Assembly (NCBI GenBank): GCA_038245295.1 | Contig: JBBRSP010000008.1 | Span: 160,001-224,000, forward strand | DNA from: Candidatus Binatia bacterium | Lineage (GTDB): Bacteria; Desulfobacterota; Binatia; HRBIN30 | Direction: 5' to 3' | Length of the DNA: 64,000 nt | Shown here: positions 9,587 to 19,282 of the stretch, piece after piece | Layout of the letters: each line of letters begins with the position of its first letter | Numbering within the stretch: position 1 is the first letter of the stretch | Translations under genes and position numbers: made by a program | Notes under the pieces: generated by a model | The model's database searches: none | The model's input: only the letters and a program-made list of their open reading frames with translations | What the model was told of the DNA's origin: nothing

Positions 9587-11450
9587 TCGCAACCGCCGGA
9601 ACGTTCCCGCCACGCTCCGGCGGAAGCGCACGGACTCGGCGCAGAAGCGTGTACCCGTCTTCGGCAGACATCGCGATATCCGTGAGGAGCACATCCACCG
9701 GCTCGCGCTCGATCACGTTCACCGCCGCGGACGCGGATTCCGCGGTGACAGCGCTTGCGCCGTGCTGCTCAAGTAGGGTGACGAGGGCTTGACGCATCAT
9801 GCTGTCGTCGTCGACGACCAGCGCCCTCATACCGCAGAGGGCGCTGCTGGATGACGCGTCGCCCGATGCGGGCGGTTGGATCGTGGCGGCTTGATGCGCC
9901 TCCGCGACGGCCGTCAAGAGCGGGAGCCTCACCGTAAACCTCGCGCCCCGCCCGATGCCATCACTCTTGGCCGCGATCGTCCCGCCGTGGAGCTCGACCA
10001 GGTGGCGAACGATCTTCAGCCCGAGGCCGAGGCCGTCGTGCCGCCTGGCACTGACGCGCTCGGCCTGCTGGAAACCTTCAAACACGTGAGGCAAGAAATC
10101 CGCTGGAATGCCCTCGCCGGTATCGGCAACCGAGATCTCACCTTCCGAGCCCTGGCGACGAACCTCTACGGTAATGCTCCCAGCGTCCGGGGTAAATTTG
10201 ATTGCATTCGACAGCAAATTCCCCAAGATCTGCTGTAGGCGCGCGACATCCACTCGTACGGCCATGCTGCCTGCGCCTCTGACGACATTCAGGGAGAGGT
10301 TCTTCGCCTCGGCATCCGGGCGAAGCGCTTCCACGCTGGACGCAATACATAAGGCGAGATCAACGGTGGAAACTTCGATTGTGAGTTTGCCGAAGATGAT
10401 CCGCGAGACGTCAAGGAGGTCGTCGATCAGGCGCGCTTGCAGCGCGGCTTTACCTTCGATTAGTTCGATGGCGCGTGCTGCCTTCTCAGCGCTGAGGTTG
10501 CCGGTGCGCAGCAGGCCGAGCCAGAGACGAACGGCGCTCAGGGGCGCCCGCAGCTCGTGTGACAGGTTCGCAAAGAACTCGTCGCGCGCACGATTGGCGG
10601 TCTCGGCCTCAGCGCGAGCGGCGCGCTCCCGAACGAGCAAGTCTTGGCGTTCGTTATCGATGCGCTTCAGGTCGGTGATGTCGTTGAAGGCCATGACCGC
10701 GGCGATGACACTGCCATCGCGATCCCGGACGGGCGCGGAGAAGGTGCGCATCACACCCGGCGTCCGATCGGCGCGCACCACGTCGATCTCTTGCGCGGCG
10801 ACCGCCTCTCCCGTCCGCATCGATCGCGCGATCGGCAACGTTGTTGAGGCGTCCAGTGGCGCTCCGTCCCGACCCACAGGAACCTTGCCGTTCTCGAAGG
10901 CGGGGCGATCGGGTTGCGACGGATCGTGCCACAGCATCGCGGCGCGCTCGTTCACTAGGCGGACGATGCCCGATGGCGCCTCGCTGATCACGACCCCAGC
11001 CGGCATCTGCTGGAGGACGGCTTGCGAAATCCGGTTGATCCGCTCGAGGCGCTGGGACTGCCGGCTGAGGAGGTGCAACAGGCCCGCGACCACCAGTATC
11101 TGCAACACCGAAAGGGCGCGGTTGAGCGTGACGTTGTCAAGCGTCAGCGCCGGCGGAACTCCCCAGGCATACGCCGCACAGTTGAAGAATACCGCGAGGA
11201 GCGCGACAGACCACAGGATGCGGAGATCCCGAGTCCAAGCACACAGGAAGAGCGGCACGGCGTACGTGAGTGAGAACATGATGTCGGTCGGAGCCAGAAG
11301 ATCGGCGAAGAAAACCGCCGCTGTGAGTGCCAGGCACACAGCGAACAGGCGCTTGGGCAATGCAGGGTTGGCAAAGCTCAGCTCGGGGAAAGCAGTGGCC
11401 CCTTGCCCTGTGGCTTCGCGATACCAAGCCCTCCGCAGCACGTTCGACAT
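9450..11450 (-). CDS. Membrane-bound PAS hybrid sensor histidine kinase/response regulator
   Basis: N-terminal TM helices, PAS/PAC, H-box LSHELRAPL, N-box NLLSNAIKFT, G boxes DTGEG and GLGLGL, C-terminal REC domain. Start uncertain (11450 or 11516). Confidence 0.92.
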   Translation of the reverse strand: MSNVLRRAWYREATGQGATAFPELSFANPALPKRLFAVCLALTAAVFFADLLAPTDIMFSLTYAVPLFLCAWTRDLRILWSVALLAVFFNCAAYAWGVPPALTLDNVTLNRALSVLQILVVAGLLHLLSRQSQRLERINRISQAVLQQMPAGVVISEAPSGIVRLVNERAAMLWHDPSQPDRPAFENGKVPVGRDGAPLDASTTLPIARSMRTGEAVAAQEIDVVRADRTPGVMRTFSAPVRDRDGSVIAAVMAFNDITDLKRIDNERQDLLVRERAARAEAETANRARDEFFANLSHELRAPLSAVRLWLGLLRTGNLSAEKAARAIELIEGKAALQARLIDDLLDVSRIIFGKLTIEVSTVDLALCIASSVEALRPDAEAKNLSLNVVRGAGSMAVRVDVARLQQILGNLLSNAIKFTPDAGSITVEVRRQGSEGEISVADTGEGIPADFLPHVFEGFQQAERVSARRHDGLGLGLKIVRHLVELHGGTIAAKSDGIGRGARFTVRLPLLTAVAEAHQAATIQPPASGDASSSSALCGMRALVVDDDSMMRQALVTLLEQHGASAVTAESASAAVNVIEREPVDVLLTDIAMSAEDGYTLLRRVRALPPERGGNVPAVAITAYAEAGDRERALAAGFAAHLPKPPDAAHLVAVVAGLVQQKPTA

Positions 11451-11602
11451 CGATTGAATGACCTCCAGCAAGGGTGGCGTTCGACACCGACTCGCGTCCA
11501 ACGACCAGTATGTCACACCAGCGGGTGCGCGCCAATTCCAGGATCCGTTCAGCGGCGCTCAACCCTGCGACTCCTCCGGGACCACAAGCAGCCTCCGGCT
11601 TG

Positions 11603-12650
11603 TCACGCTCCCTCACACCTCCGCATGGTCCCTTCGATCATCACGTCGAAGTCCACTCCTTCCCAGCGATCCGCGTTCAGCCAAAGGAATGTGAATCGCA
11701 CGGCGCTACCGGGAAGCAGCCTGTCAGTAGGGAGATCGGCGAAGTGTCCCCCGAGTTGCGTATCCGTAGTGTGGCTATCGTGCAAAGTCTGCCAATCGTC
11801 CACGCTCCAATGGATGCTGGCTCGCGCCAGCACCTCGACGCGGAGAACGGTCCCCGCCGACATGCGACGCCGCTTGTGGTTGAACCGCCAGAAGCAAAAA
11901 GGCGACACGACGTTCTCGACTTGATAGCGCTGAACGGTCTGAGGGGGCATGTCGAAGACCCCGGGCATCGCACAATGAACGGAGGGGCTTGATGTACTCG
12001 TGCGCCCATACCGGCGGCATCGCTGAACCAGATGGATGCCCGCTCAACAGCTCACGCTCAGGTATGTCGGCTGCTTCCCACACCGGCTCCGCGATCAGCC
12101 CGCCCGGTCTAGTCTGCGCCGCTATCACACGGCACAATCGTCCTGCTTCGTCTGCGCGCCCCAAGGCCAATTCGTAGTGTGCTCGCTCACCCACCAACAG
12201 CGGCCAACCGCGACCGACGCCGGTGCCGTCGAACGGGGCGCCGTCCTCGTGTTCGCCGTACCCGTCGCCGTTGGAGCGATGCCAGACTGGCCCCGTAGCG
12301 GTCTCAACTCTGAGCACCGCGTCGGTCACTTCTATGGTGAGGGCGAGTACCACCGTCCTCCTCCCAACAATTCTGTTGGGTCACGGGGCCGTCGCAAACC
12401 ACGAAACGTGCCGCCCATCGCACCACGGGCCAGGAATCCAGGCCGCCTCGCGCACGCGTGCGCCGCGGGACGTCAGCGAGGAGAACGGGGAGGGCAGCCT
12501 CATCCATCTGAATCCCGCTCCAATACGGCGTGCCGTCGAGCCACATGTTTTGCGGCCAGTGCCCGTCAGTCTCCGGCGTCGACATCAAGGAGCGCAGAGT
12601 TTGGACGGCGCTGGTATGTCCAGCGCGGTGGGAGACCAGGATGTCCCGGC
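11603..12650 (-). pseudogene. Degraded glucoamylase/glucodextranase (GH15) gene
   Basis: Motifs spread over three frames: GHWPQNMWLDGTPYW.GIQMDE..WEE; GPVWHR.NGDGYGEH.DG.PFDG.G.GR.WPLL.GERAHYELA...SAMP.VWAH; FDMPPQTVQRY...W. N-terminus missing. The 5' limit is approximate. Confidence 0.8.
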
Positions 12651-12772
12651 GCAGTGCTTTCGCCCATATCCGTTACTACCGGATTTAGAGTGCTCCAATG
12701 ACGAGCCGCAAGAGAGGGCGGCTCGTTGTCCTGCTGTTCGGCGCGCCGCCGGCATGCGACTGCACGGACTGC

Positions 12773-13168
12773 TCAACCTTCGGCGGGATGCTTGGCTTCG
12801 GTGGATAGTGTCAGCAGAAATGCCGATTCTGCGGAAGCTTCAACCGTGTGGCGCACCCCGCCCTGCAAGACTAGCAGCTGTCCGGTGCGCAGCGTCACGG
12901 TTTGCGAGTCGGTGCTGAGCTTCAGTTCGCCGTCGATCACCTGGAGGCTGAGAGGGCTGTCGGTGACATGTGACAGGAGCACGGATTTGGGGTGCATGGC
13001 CACCAAGACAACGCGCAATCCACGACTCTTGGCGAGCGTCATGGCGTCGTGCCCGCGCTGCCAGCTCGGCTCGGTCCTGAGCTGCGCCAGTAGCGTGAAA
13101 ATCTCAAAAGTCAGCAGGGGCGCGTCCAGTTGACGCTCTGTGGTCACGTGCGGTCTGTCGGATGTCAT
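12773..13168 (-). CDS. Cupin domain protein
   Basis: LRVVLVAM....L.SH......LQVIDG...L..GQLLVL..GVRHTVEA..ESAFLLTL pattern. RBS GGAGG upstream. Confidence 0.85.
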   Translation of the reverse strand: MTSDRPHVTTERQLDAPLLTFEIFTLLAQLRTEPSWQRGHDAMTLAKSRGLRVVLVAMHPKSVLLSHVTDSPLSLQVIDGELKLSTDSQTVTLRTGQLLVLQGGVRHTVEASAESAFLLTLSTEAKHPAEG

Positions 13169-13425
13169 ACTAGTTCCTCCGTGTTGGCGACGCTCATCTG
13201 ACGCCGTCCGAATGGGTTAGCCAGTGAGCTCTCCGGTGCGAATAATCGTCGTCATCCATATCGGTGCGGTTCAATATGGTGCGTCGTACCCGCTGGCCAT
13301 GTCTGCTGGTCCCGCTATACAACAAGTGCCGGACTCGACGCTGTGAACGACTCCTCGCAGCTGTCAACTACCGGTCACTCGCGTATTAGGGTGACACTTC
13401 GCCGCTGCGCGCGGAAGTGGTTCTA

Positions 13426-13440
13426 TTTGCGCCAGCGCAA
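13426..13440. promoter_or_regulatory. Putative Crp/Fnr (NnrR-type) binding palindrome TTTGCG-CCAG-CGCAA
   Basis: Identical to the reverse complement of 4608-4622. Lies about 120 bp upstream of the PAS gene. Confidence 0.7.
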
Positions 13441-13562
13441 GTAGGGCGCATTACCATCCGATTCGAGATGCGCGATGTTTGGCACCAAACCGTGGGCGAT
13501 ACGATGGACCGTGTGCCGCGCGATTCGCAGTAGGAGACAAAAGAGCAACTGGAGTATGCGCA

Positions 13563-14033
13563 ATGCCGAACCACCTGGATAAGGAACTTTGTCAGCAGAT
13601 TGTCGAAGAGAGTCAGGACGCGATCATCTTTGCCGATCAGGAGGGCGTCATCTGCCTGTGGAACACGGGCGCCGAAGCCATGTTCGGCTACCGAGCCGAA
13701 GAAGCGATAGGCAAATCCCTGGACGTGATCATCCCGGAGCGTCTGCGACAGCGACATTGGGACGGTTGGCGCAAGGTCATGGCCACAGGCGTGACGCGTT
13801 ACGGCAGCGAGGTGCTGGCGGTGCCGGCGATGCGCAAGGACGGTACACGCATCTCGATAGAGTTTACCATCGCTGTCCCGCGCGATGCCGACGGCAAACT
13901 CGTGGGCGCGGCGGCTACGATTCGCGATGTCACAACCCGCTGGCAACGAGACAAGGACCAGAAGCAGCGCTTGGCGGACTTGGAAGCTCGGCTGAAGCAA
14001 CTCGGCCACGATTTGACCAAGTCAGTGGAGTAG
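13563..14033 (+). CDS. Stand-alone PAS domain protein
   Basis: DAIIFAD.EG.I.LWN.GAE.MFGY..EEAIGKSLDVIIPE...RKDG.RISIEFTI......G......IRDVT, followed by a short coiled coil. GGAG upstream of the ATG. Confidence 0.88.
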   Translation: MPNHLDKELCQQIVEESQDAIIFADQEGVICLWNTGAEAMFGYRAEEAIGKSLDVIIPERLRQRHWDGWRKVMATGVTRYGSEVLAVPAMRKDGTRISIEFTIAVPRDADGKLVGAAATIRDVTTRWQRDKDQKQRLADLEARLKQLGHDLTKSVE

Positions 14034-14275
14034 GGGAAGCCTGCATACGGCTGCCAGCCGGCGATGGCCTGTTGCACGCGCTCATAGTCTTAGTCTGTGG
14101 CCGGCGCCGGTGCAGAAAGTGCGCCAGGTAGTTGCGGGCGCAACGTCGTCGCCACGAATGATATCGAGGCGTCCGATGCCGCAGAGCATAGCGGCGCAGA
14201 GAAATATCAGAGCAGAAGCTACGTTTTCCGAACGCTCGAGCACGCGAGACTACGCGGTGGACAAATCCAAACGCA

Positions 14276-14314
14276 TTTCAAGACCGGTGGTTCCAACCAC
14301 TCAGCCACCCCTCC
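14276..14314 (-). pseudogene. 5'-half remnant of tRNA-Ser(TGA), probable att/integration scar
   Basis: Minus strand reads GGAGGGG-TG-GCTGAGTGGTTGGAACC-A-CCGGT-CTTGAAA, then diverges. The 3' anticodon strand ACCGG, T arm and 3' acceptor strand are absent. Confidence 0.8.
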
Positions 14315-14660
14315 GTGGTTGGGTAACTGCCTGATCTTCGTTTGATCAGAAAATCACGTTGCCTTTGGGGTAGCGGCGGTCAGATGGAGTTGCAAACACT
14401 TGGCAACGGCGGCCCTGGCGATCATGGCGCGCCGGGGCCTTGGGCGAGCGCGGAGTAGGAGACAAATGGTGTGGCGCCTTCGGCGCGTCCGATGAGCATG
14501 CCATTGTAGGGGCGGCTCGGGGGGCGCCAGGCGAACCGGCGCTGCGAGCTAAATCTCAACGGAACGAATCGAAACGAGGCGCCGGGCGGGCGGGCCGCAC
14601 CGCCCGCCGCCGGGGGATCCACACCGCCAGGGCGGCCGCCGGGCGGCGCCCGAGCCGCCC

Positions 14661-15392
14661 CTACAGCAGCTCGGGTAGTCTGGTGAAGGAGTCAACGATG
14701 TGAAGCGGGGCTGCGTCACCAGCCATGTCGGGGGCAAGGCCGGTGTTGATCCACACGCTAGGGATGCCGGCGTTGTGTGCGCCGACGACGTCGTCGTCCC
14801 AACTGTCGCCGATGTACATGGCCTCGGATGGTGCGACGCCGAGCTTCTCCAGGACGCTGATGAAGATGGCGGGGTGGGGTTTGCGTCGTCCGAATTCCTC
14901 GGAGATCAGGATCAACTCGAAGAAGTGATCGACTCCGTGGTCGCGTAGGACGCGGCGCGCGGTGGCGCCGTGATCGAAGTTGGAGATCAGAGCCAGTCGG
15001 TAGCGCGATCCGAGGTCGCTCAAGGTCTCCTGGTGCCCGGCTGGCAGCATCGTCTGCGAGGCCAGGTGATCCATGTGGACCAGGGATAGTCGCTCGGCCG
15101 CTGCCTCGATGTTCGGGATCGGTTGCGGCAGCTGCTGCAGGGCTCGCAGAAAGCGTTGTCGCGACGGTAGCTCGAGATACTCGGGAGCGCGCTGACGCGT
15201 CATCTCCGCGGTCACCGACATCAGCGCCTTGGTGAAGGCGTCGAAGCTTATGTCCGGCAGTGTTTCGCGCACCGCGTCGCTCAGCCACCCCATCGTCGTG
15301 CGCCACTTCTCGCCGCCGATCTCCACGGTGGGGACACGTGGGGCGAAGTGGACGACGGTGCCGAAGAGGTCGAAGAGGAGAGAGTTGGTCAT
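14661..15392 (-). CDS. HAD family hydrolase
   Basis: Motifs LLFDLFGTV, ISN, KPHPAIF and YIGDSWDDDVVGA..AG. Confidence 0.9.
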   Translation of the reverse strand: MTNSLLFDLFGTVVHFAPRVPTVEIGGEKWRTTMGWLSDAVRETLPDISFDAFTKALMSVTAEMTRQRAPEYLELPSRQRFLRALQQLPQPIPNIEAAAERLSLVHMDHLASQTMLPAGHQETLSDLGSRYRLALISNFDHGATARRVLRDHGVDHFFELILISEEFGRRKPHPAIFISVLEKLGVAPSEAMYIGDSWDDDVVGAHNAGIPSVWINTGLAPDMAGDAAPLHIVDSFTRLPELL

Positions 15393-15462
15393 TTGGCTAT
15401 TTGGTCATTTGGCCCTTTGGTCAAATGGCAAGACGACCAAATGGCAACATGGCCAAATGGTC
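15385..15462. repeat. Degenerate 8-bp tandem repeats in inverted arrangement (TTGGTCAT / ATGGCCAA)
   Basis: TTGGTCAT TTGGCTAT TTGGTCAT TTGGCCCT TTGGTCAA, then ATGGCAAG ACGACCAA ATGGCAAC ATGGCCAA ATGGTC. Confidence 0.85.
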
Positions 15463-15467
15463 CCGCT

Positions 15468-15917
15468 TCACCGGCCACGCAGTCCCAGGGCCACGAGCCC
15501 GCCGAGAAGTACGACGACATTCAGTGTCACCGCCAGGTGATGCAGCCGATCGAATTCCGGCTTCGTTGTCGCTTCGGTTGCGGGGTCGTGCAGCAGCGGG
15601 CGCATCGCCGCGGCGCGCGGCTGAATTACGATGCCGGCATACAGCGTCAGCGCCAGCATGATCGTCGTCAGACCGACGCTGATGCTCCAGCTGCCGTTGC
15701 CCATCCATTGCAAGGCGATGGCGGCGACGACGGTAATCAGCCCAGCAACGATACCGAGCTGGTAGTAACGTGGGAAGATGGTGCCGATCACACGTCCTGC
15801 TTCCTGATTCGGCAGGGCGCCGAAGATTCCGGGCGCGACGATGAACGAGAAGAAGACGATCGAGCCCACCCATAGAGCGAGAGCAATCAAATGTGCGACG
15901 CGCAGGCTGGTGATCAT
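15468..15917 (-). CDS. DUF4149/TMEM205-like membrane protein
   Basis: LWVGSIVFFSFIVAPGIF..L....AG.VIG.IFP.YY and FDRLH; four hydrophobic segments. Confidence 0.85.
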   Translation of the reverse strand: MITSLRVAHLIALALWVGSIVFFSFIVAPGIFGALPNQEAGRVIGTIFPRYYQLGIVAGLITVVAAIALQWMGNGSWSISVGLTTIMLALTLYAGIVIQPRAAAMRPLLHDPATEATTKPEFDRLHHLAVTLNVVVLLGGLVALGLRGR

Positions 15918-15924
15918 CGGGGAA

Positions 15925-16039
15925 CCCTCACCCCAACCCTCTCCCACGCCTGAAACGACGGCGCGGGAGAGGGGGAGAGTTCACTCCCTCTCCCACCACA
16001 TGTGGAAGCGGAGTAGGTGGGAGAGGGTTGGGTTGAGGG
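15925..16039. repeat. REP-like palindromic element (CCCTCACCCCAACCCTCTCCC family, two inverted units)
   Basis: 21-bp terminal inverted repeats with one mismatch, plus two internal CCCTCTCCC/GGGAGAGGG hairpins. Confidence 0.88.
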
Positions 16040-16056
16040 CACCGAGATGTATTCTC

Positions 16057-16479
16057 TCATTGGAGGTAGCGCGGCCGGCCGATTTCGTGATCGATCGGGA
16101 GCCGTCCGGTGAAGCCGCCGTCCATGGTGTGGTAGTGGGTGATCTCTTTCTCGCCGTATTGCCAACATAGCAGGACGATTTCGCCTTCGCGTTCGGCGGG
16201 GAAGTCGACCAGTCCAAGGTCCAATCCTTTGAAGTCACCGCCGTAGTCTTCGATCTCGCCGACGAGACGCTCGACTTCGGCCATCAACTCCGCCGTTTCC
16301 GGTTGTTGGGCCAGCAGCTGCTCGGCGTTGATCTGTTCCGGCAACTCGCCGCTTTGATCGGCCAGGCGGCGGATGGTTTCGCGTAGCCGCATGCCGTTGG
16401 CCTGCAGCTGCTGCATGATGCTCTCGAGTCGCGGGATCAACGCGTTGGCTTCTTCCACAGTAAATAGACGCTGACGCAC
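16057..16479 (-). CDS. DUF2203 family protein
   Basis: [11 protein letters not shown]...[11 protein letters not shown]....G..V.LCW.YGE..I.HYH....GF.GR.PI. GTG start preceded by GGAGG. Confidence 0.88.
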   Translation of the reverse strand: MRQRLFTVEEANALIPRLESIMQQLQANGMRLRETIRRLADQSGELPEQINAEQLLAQQPETAELMAEVERLVGEIEDYGGDFKGLDLGLVDFPAEREGEIVLLCWQYGEKEITHYHTMDGGFTGRLPIDHEIGRPRYLQ

Positions 16480-16633
16480 GGTGCCTCCCATTCGCCTTCG
16501 TGGGTTATCGGCTGCGCCGCGGTGTGTCAACGTCCTGTGTCGAACGCGACCTTCGCGGCGAGAACGGGGGAAATCACGCCCGTGCGATCATTCACCCTTT
16601 ACGGATCGTAGGCTCGGCCTTAGGTTGTTCGGC

Positions 16634-19051
16634 ATGACACATCCCGAAGACGATCCCGAAGCTACGAAGAAGTCGAAGTTCCTTGGTTTCGGCGAGGATG
16701 TCAGCGACACTCCGATTCCCGAAACGTTGCCGATCCTGCCGCTGCGCGGGGTCGTGGTCTTTCCCTCCGCCATTGTTCCTCTGCTCATTTCACGCGCCGG
16801 TTCTCTGAAAGTTGTCGAAGAAGTGCTGGCGGGCGACCGTTTGCTCGGTGTCGTCGCTCAAAAGAGCCCGGAAGACGAACGACCGACGCCCGATGGTTTG
16901 CAACGCATCGGCACCGCCGGTCGCATTCTGAAGATGCTCAAGTATCCCGACGGCAGCGTGCGCATCCTGGTTCAGGGCCTGCGCCGCATCGAGCTTGGCG
17001 AATTTGTGCAACAGGAGCCGTTCTACAAAGCCCGCGTCACCGTGCTGGCGGATGTAGATTCGCCCGGCAACCTCGTTGATGAACAATCAAAGATGGTGGC
17101 GCAGTTCTCCAAATACGTCGCCATGATTCCGTATTTGCCCGACGAGCTGCAGTCGGTGGTGAGCAACATCAAGGATCCGGCGAAGGTCACCGACCTGATC
17201 GCCTCGAACCTCAACATCACGATCGACGAAAAACAGGAGCTGCTGGGCACCCTCGAGGTGAAGGGACGCCTCGATCGCCTGACCTCCATCCTGCACCGCG
17301 AGATCGAGTTGCTCGAGCTTGGCCACAAGATCCAGTCGCAGGTGCAGACGGAGCTCAGCAAGAATCAGAAGGAATTCTACCTGCGCCAGCAGATGCGGGC
17401 GATCCAGAAGGAGCTCGGAGAGGGCGATCCACGCGCCGCCGAGGTCGACGAGCTGCGCAAGAAGCTCGACGAAGCGAAGCTGCCGCCCGAGGCCCTCAAA
17501 GTTGCCGAGAATGAGATGGAACGCCTGCGCATGATTCCGCCGGAATCGGCGGAGCACAGCATGGTGCGCACCTATCTCGAATGGTTGATCAACCTGCCGT
17601 GGTCGGTGTCGACCGAGGATAATCTCGACATCGCCCACGCCCGCGGCGTGCTCGACGACGATCATTACGACCTGGCGAAGATCAAAGACCGCATTCTCGA
17701 GTTCCTTGCCGTGCGTAAACTGAAGCCCGATTCGAAGGGGCCCATCCTGTGCTTCGTCGGGCCTCCGGGAACCGGCAAGACCTCTCTCGGCCGCTCCATC
17801 GCGCGTGCCCTCGGTCGCAAGTTTGTCCGCCTCTCGCTTGGCGGTGTGCGCGACGAAGCGGAGATTCGCGGTCACCGCCGCACCTACATCGGCTCGCTGC
17901 CGGGCCGCCTGATTCAAAACCTCAAAACAGCGGGCTCAAACAACCCGCTGATCATGCTCGACGAGATCGACAAGTTGGGCGCCGACTTCCGCGGCGATCC
18001 GTCCTCGGCGCTGCTCGAAGTGCTCGACCCGGAGCAGAACTCGGCGTTCGTCGATCACTACCTCGACGTGCCGTTCGATCTGTCGAAGGTCATGTTCGTC
18101 ACCACCGCCAACGTCCTCGATACCATCCCGCCGCCTCTGCGTGATCGGATGGAGGTCATCGAGCTGGTCGGATACACGGAGGAGGACAAGCTCCATATCG
18201 CGCGGCAGCACCTGATCCCCAAGCAGATCGGCGAGAACGGATTGAAGCCCGAGCTGATCGAGTTCACCGATGAAGGCCTGATGCACCTCATCCGCCACTA
18301 CACGCGTGAAGCCGGATTACGCAACATCGAACGCGAGATCGGTAGTCTCTGCCGCAAGGTGGCGCGCGCCTACACCGAGGGCAAGACGGATCTGGTGACC
18401 ATCGATCCGGCCAAGGTTCAGGAGCTGTTGGGTCCCGAGAAATTCTTCTCGGAGATCGCCGAACGTACCCAGGATCCTGGCGTCGCGATTGGCCTCGCCT
18501 GGACGCCGATGGGCGGCGAGATCATGTTCATGGAGTCGACCAAGATGGCCGGCAAGAAGGGCCTGACCCTAACCGGACAGCTCGGCGACGTAATGAAGGA
18601 GTCGGCGCAGGCGGCGCTCAGTTACATTCGCTCACACGCCGAGGCGCTCGGTATCGCGCCGGACTTCTTCGAGAACGTCGATATCCACGTGCACGTCCCC
18701 GCCGGCGCCGTGCCCAAGGACGGCCCGTCGGCCGGCGTAACCCTGGCGACTTCGCTGGTGTCTTTGCTGACGCGGCGCCTGGTCCGTCACGACGTTGCAA
18801 TGACCGGTGAAATCACCCTGCGCGGTAAGGTGATGCCCGTTGGCGGCATCAAGGAGAAAGTGCTGGGTGCGCGCCGCGCCGGCATTCGAACCATCCTGCT
18901 GCCGCGACGCAACGAAAAGGACTTGCTCGATATCCCCGAAGCGGTGCGTAACGAGATGACCTTCCATCTGATGGATACAATCGACGATGTTCTACAGCAC
19001 GCGCTCGAGCCGCTCGCCGGCGCGACGCCGCTGCGCGCTGCCGCGTCCTAA
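16634..19051 (+). CDS. lon: ATP-dependent protease La
   Basis: LON N-domain [13 protein letters not shown], Walker [15 protein letters not shown], catalytic PKDGPSAG and GGIKEK. Confidence 0.97.
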   Translation: MTHPEDDPEATKKSKFLGFGEDVSDTPIPETLPILPLRGVVVFPSAIVPLLISRAGSLKVVEEVLAGDRLLGVVAQKSPEDERPTPDGLQRIGTAGRILKMLKYPDGSVRILVQGLRRIELGEFVQQEPFYKARVTVLADVDSPGNLVDEQSKMVAQFSKYVAMIPYLPDELQSVVSNIKDPAKVTDLIASNLNITIDEKQELLGTLEVKGRLDRLTSILHREIELLELGHKIQSQVQTELSKNQKEFYLRQQMRAIQKELGEGDPRAAEVDELRKKLDEAKLPPEALKVAENEMERLRMIPPESAEHSMVRTYLEWLINLPWSVSTEDNLDIAHARGVLDDDHYDLAKIKDRILEFLAVRKLKPDSKGPILCFVGPPGTGKTSLGRSIARALGRKFVRLSLGGVRDEAEIRGHRRTYIGSLPGRLIQNLKTAGSNNPLIMLDEIDKLGADFRGDPSSALLEVLDPEQNSAFVDHYLDVPFDLSKVMFVTTANVLDTIPPPLRDRMEVIELVGYTEEDKLHIARQHLIPKQIGENGLKPELIEFTDEGLMHLIRHYTREAGLRNIEREIGSLCRKVARAYTEGKTDLVTIDPAKVQELLGPEKFFSEIAERTQDPGVAIGLAWTPMGGEIMFMESTKMAGKKGLTLTGQLGDVMKESAQAALSYIRSHAEALGIAPDFFENVDIHVHVPAGAVPKDGPSAGVTLATSLVSLLTRRLVRHDVAMTGEITLRGKVMPVGGIKEKVLGARRAGIRTILLPRRNEKDLLDIPEAVRNEMTFHLMDTIDDVLQHALEPLAGATPLRAAAS

Positions 19052-19091
19052 CCCTCACCCCGGCCCTCTCCCGCGAAAATGCGGGAGAGGG
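19052..19091. repeat. Single REP-like unit (CCCTCACCCCGGCCCTCTCCC...GGGAGAGGG) directly after the lon stop
   Basis: Same family as 15925-16039. Hairpin CCCTCTCCCGC-GAAAAT-GCGGGAGAGGG. Confidence 0.85.
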
Positions 19092-19282
19092 AGCTCTCTC
19101 TCTGGATTGATGATTTCAGCACTGGCCCCCGCTGGCCGGTTCTTCTTCTGGCTCCTTCGCTGAAAGCCTTCTCGGTTCGACCGAACCGTGCACCCGGACC
19201 CCGAACCCTCGCCCGTGCAAAACCGGGTGATCGTTAGTCCCCAGCCTTGGGGCATACCCGGCCCTACGCTAAACGATCGACA

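Noticed and set aside
10108..11457. 449-aa plus-strand ORF, and similar long antisense or off-frame ORFs (e.g. 1048-2133, 43233-44303, 55768-57006)
   Set aside because: These are shadow ORFs of well-supported genes in GC-rich DNA, with no recognisable motifs.
14276..14314. Possible intact tRNA-Ser
   Set aside because: There is no 3' anticodon strand, variable arm, T arm or acceptor 3' strand. Reported as a remnant instead.
14420..14660. Extremely GC-rich stretch between the tRNA scar and the HAD stop
   Set aside because: No convincing ORF, repeat or RNA motif. It may be decayed sequence or low-quality assembly.
15385..15462. Possible CRISPR array
   Set aside because: Units are 8 bp with no spacers, and no cas genes are present.
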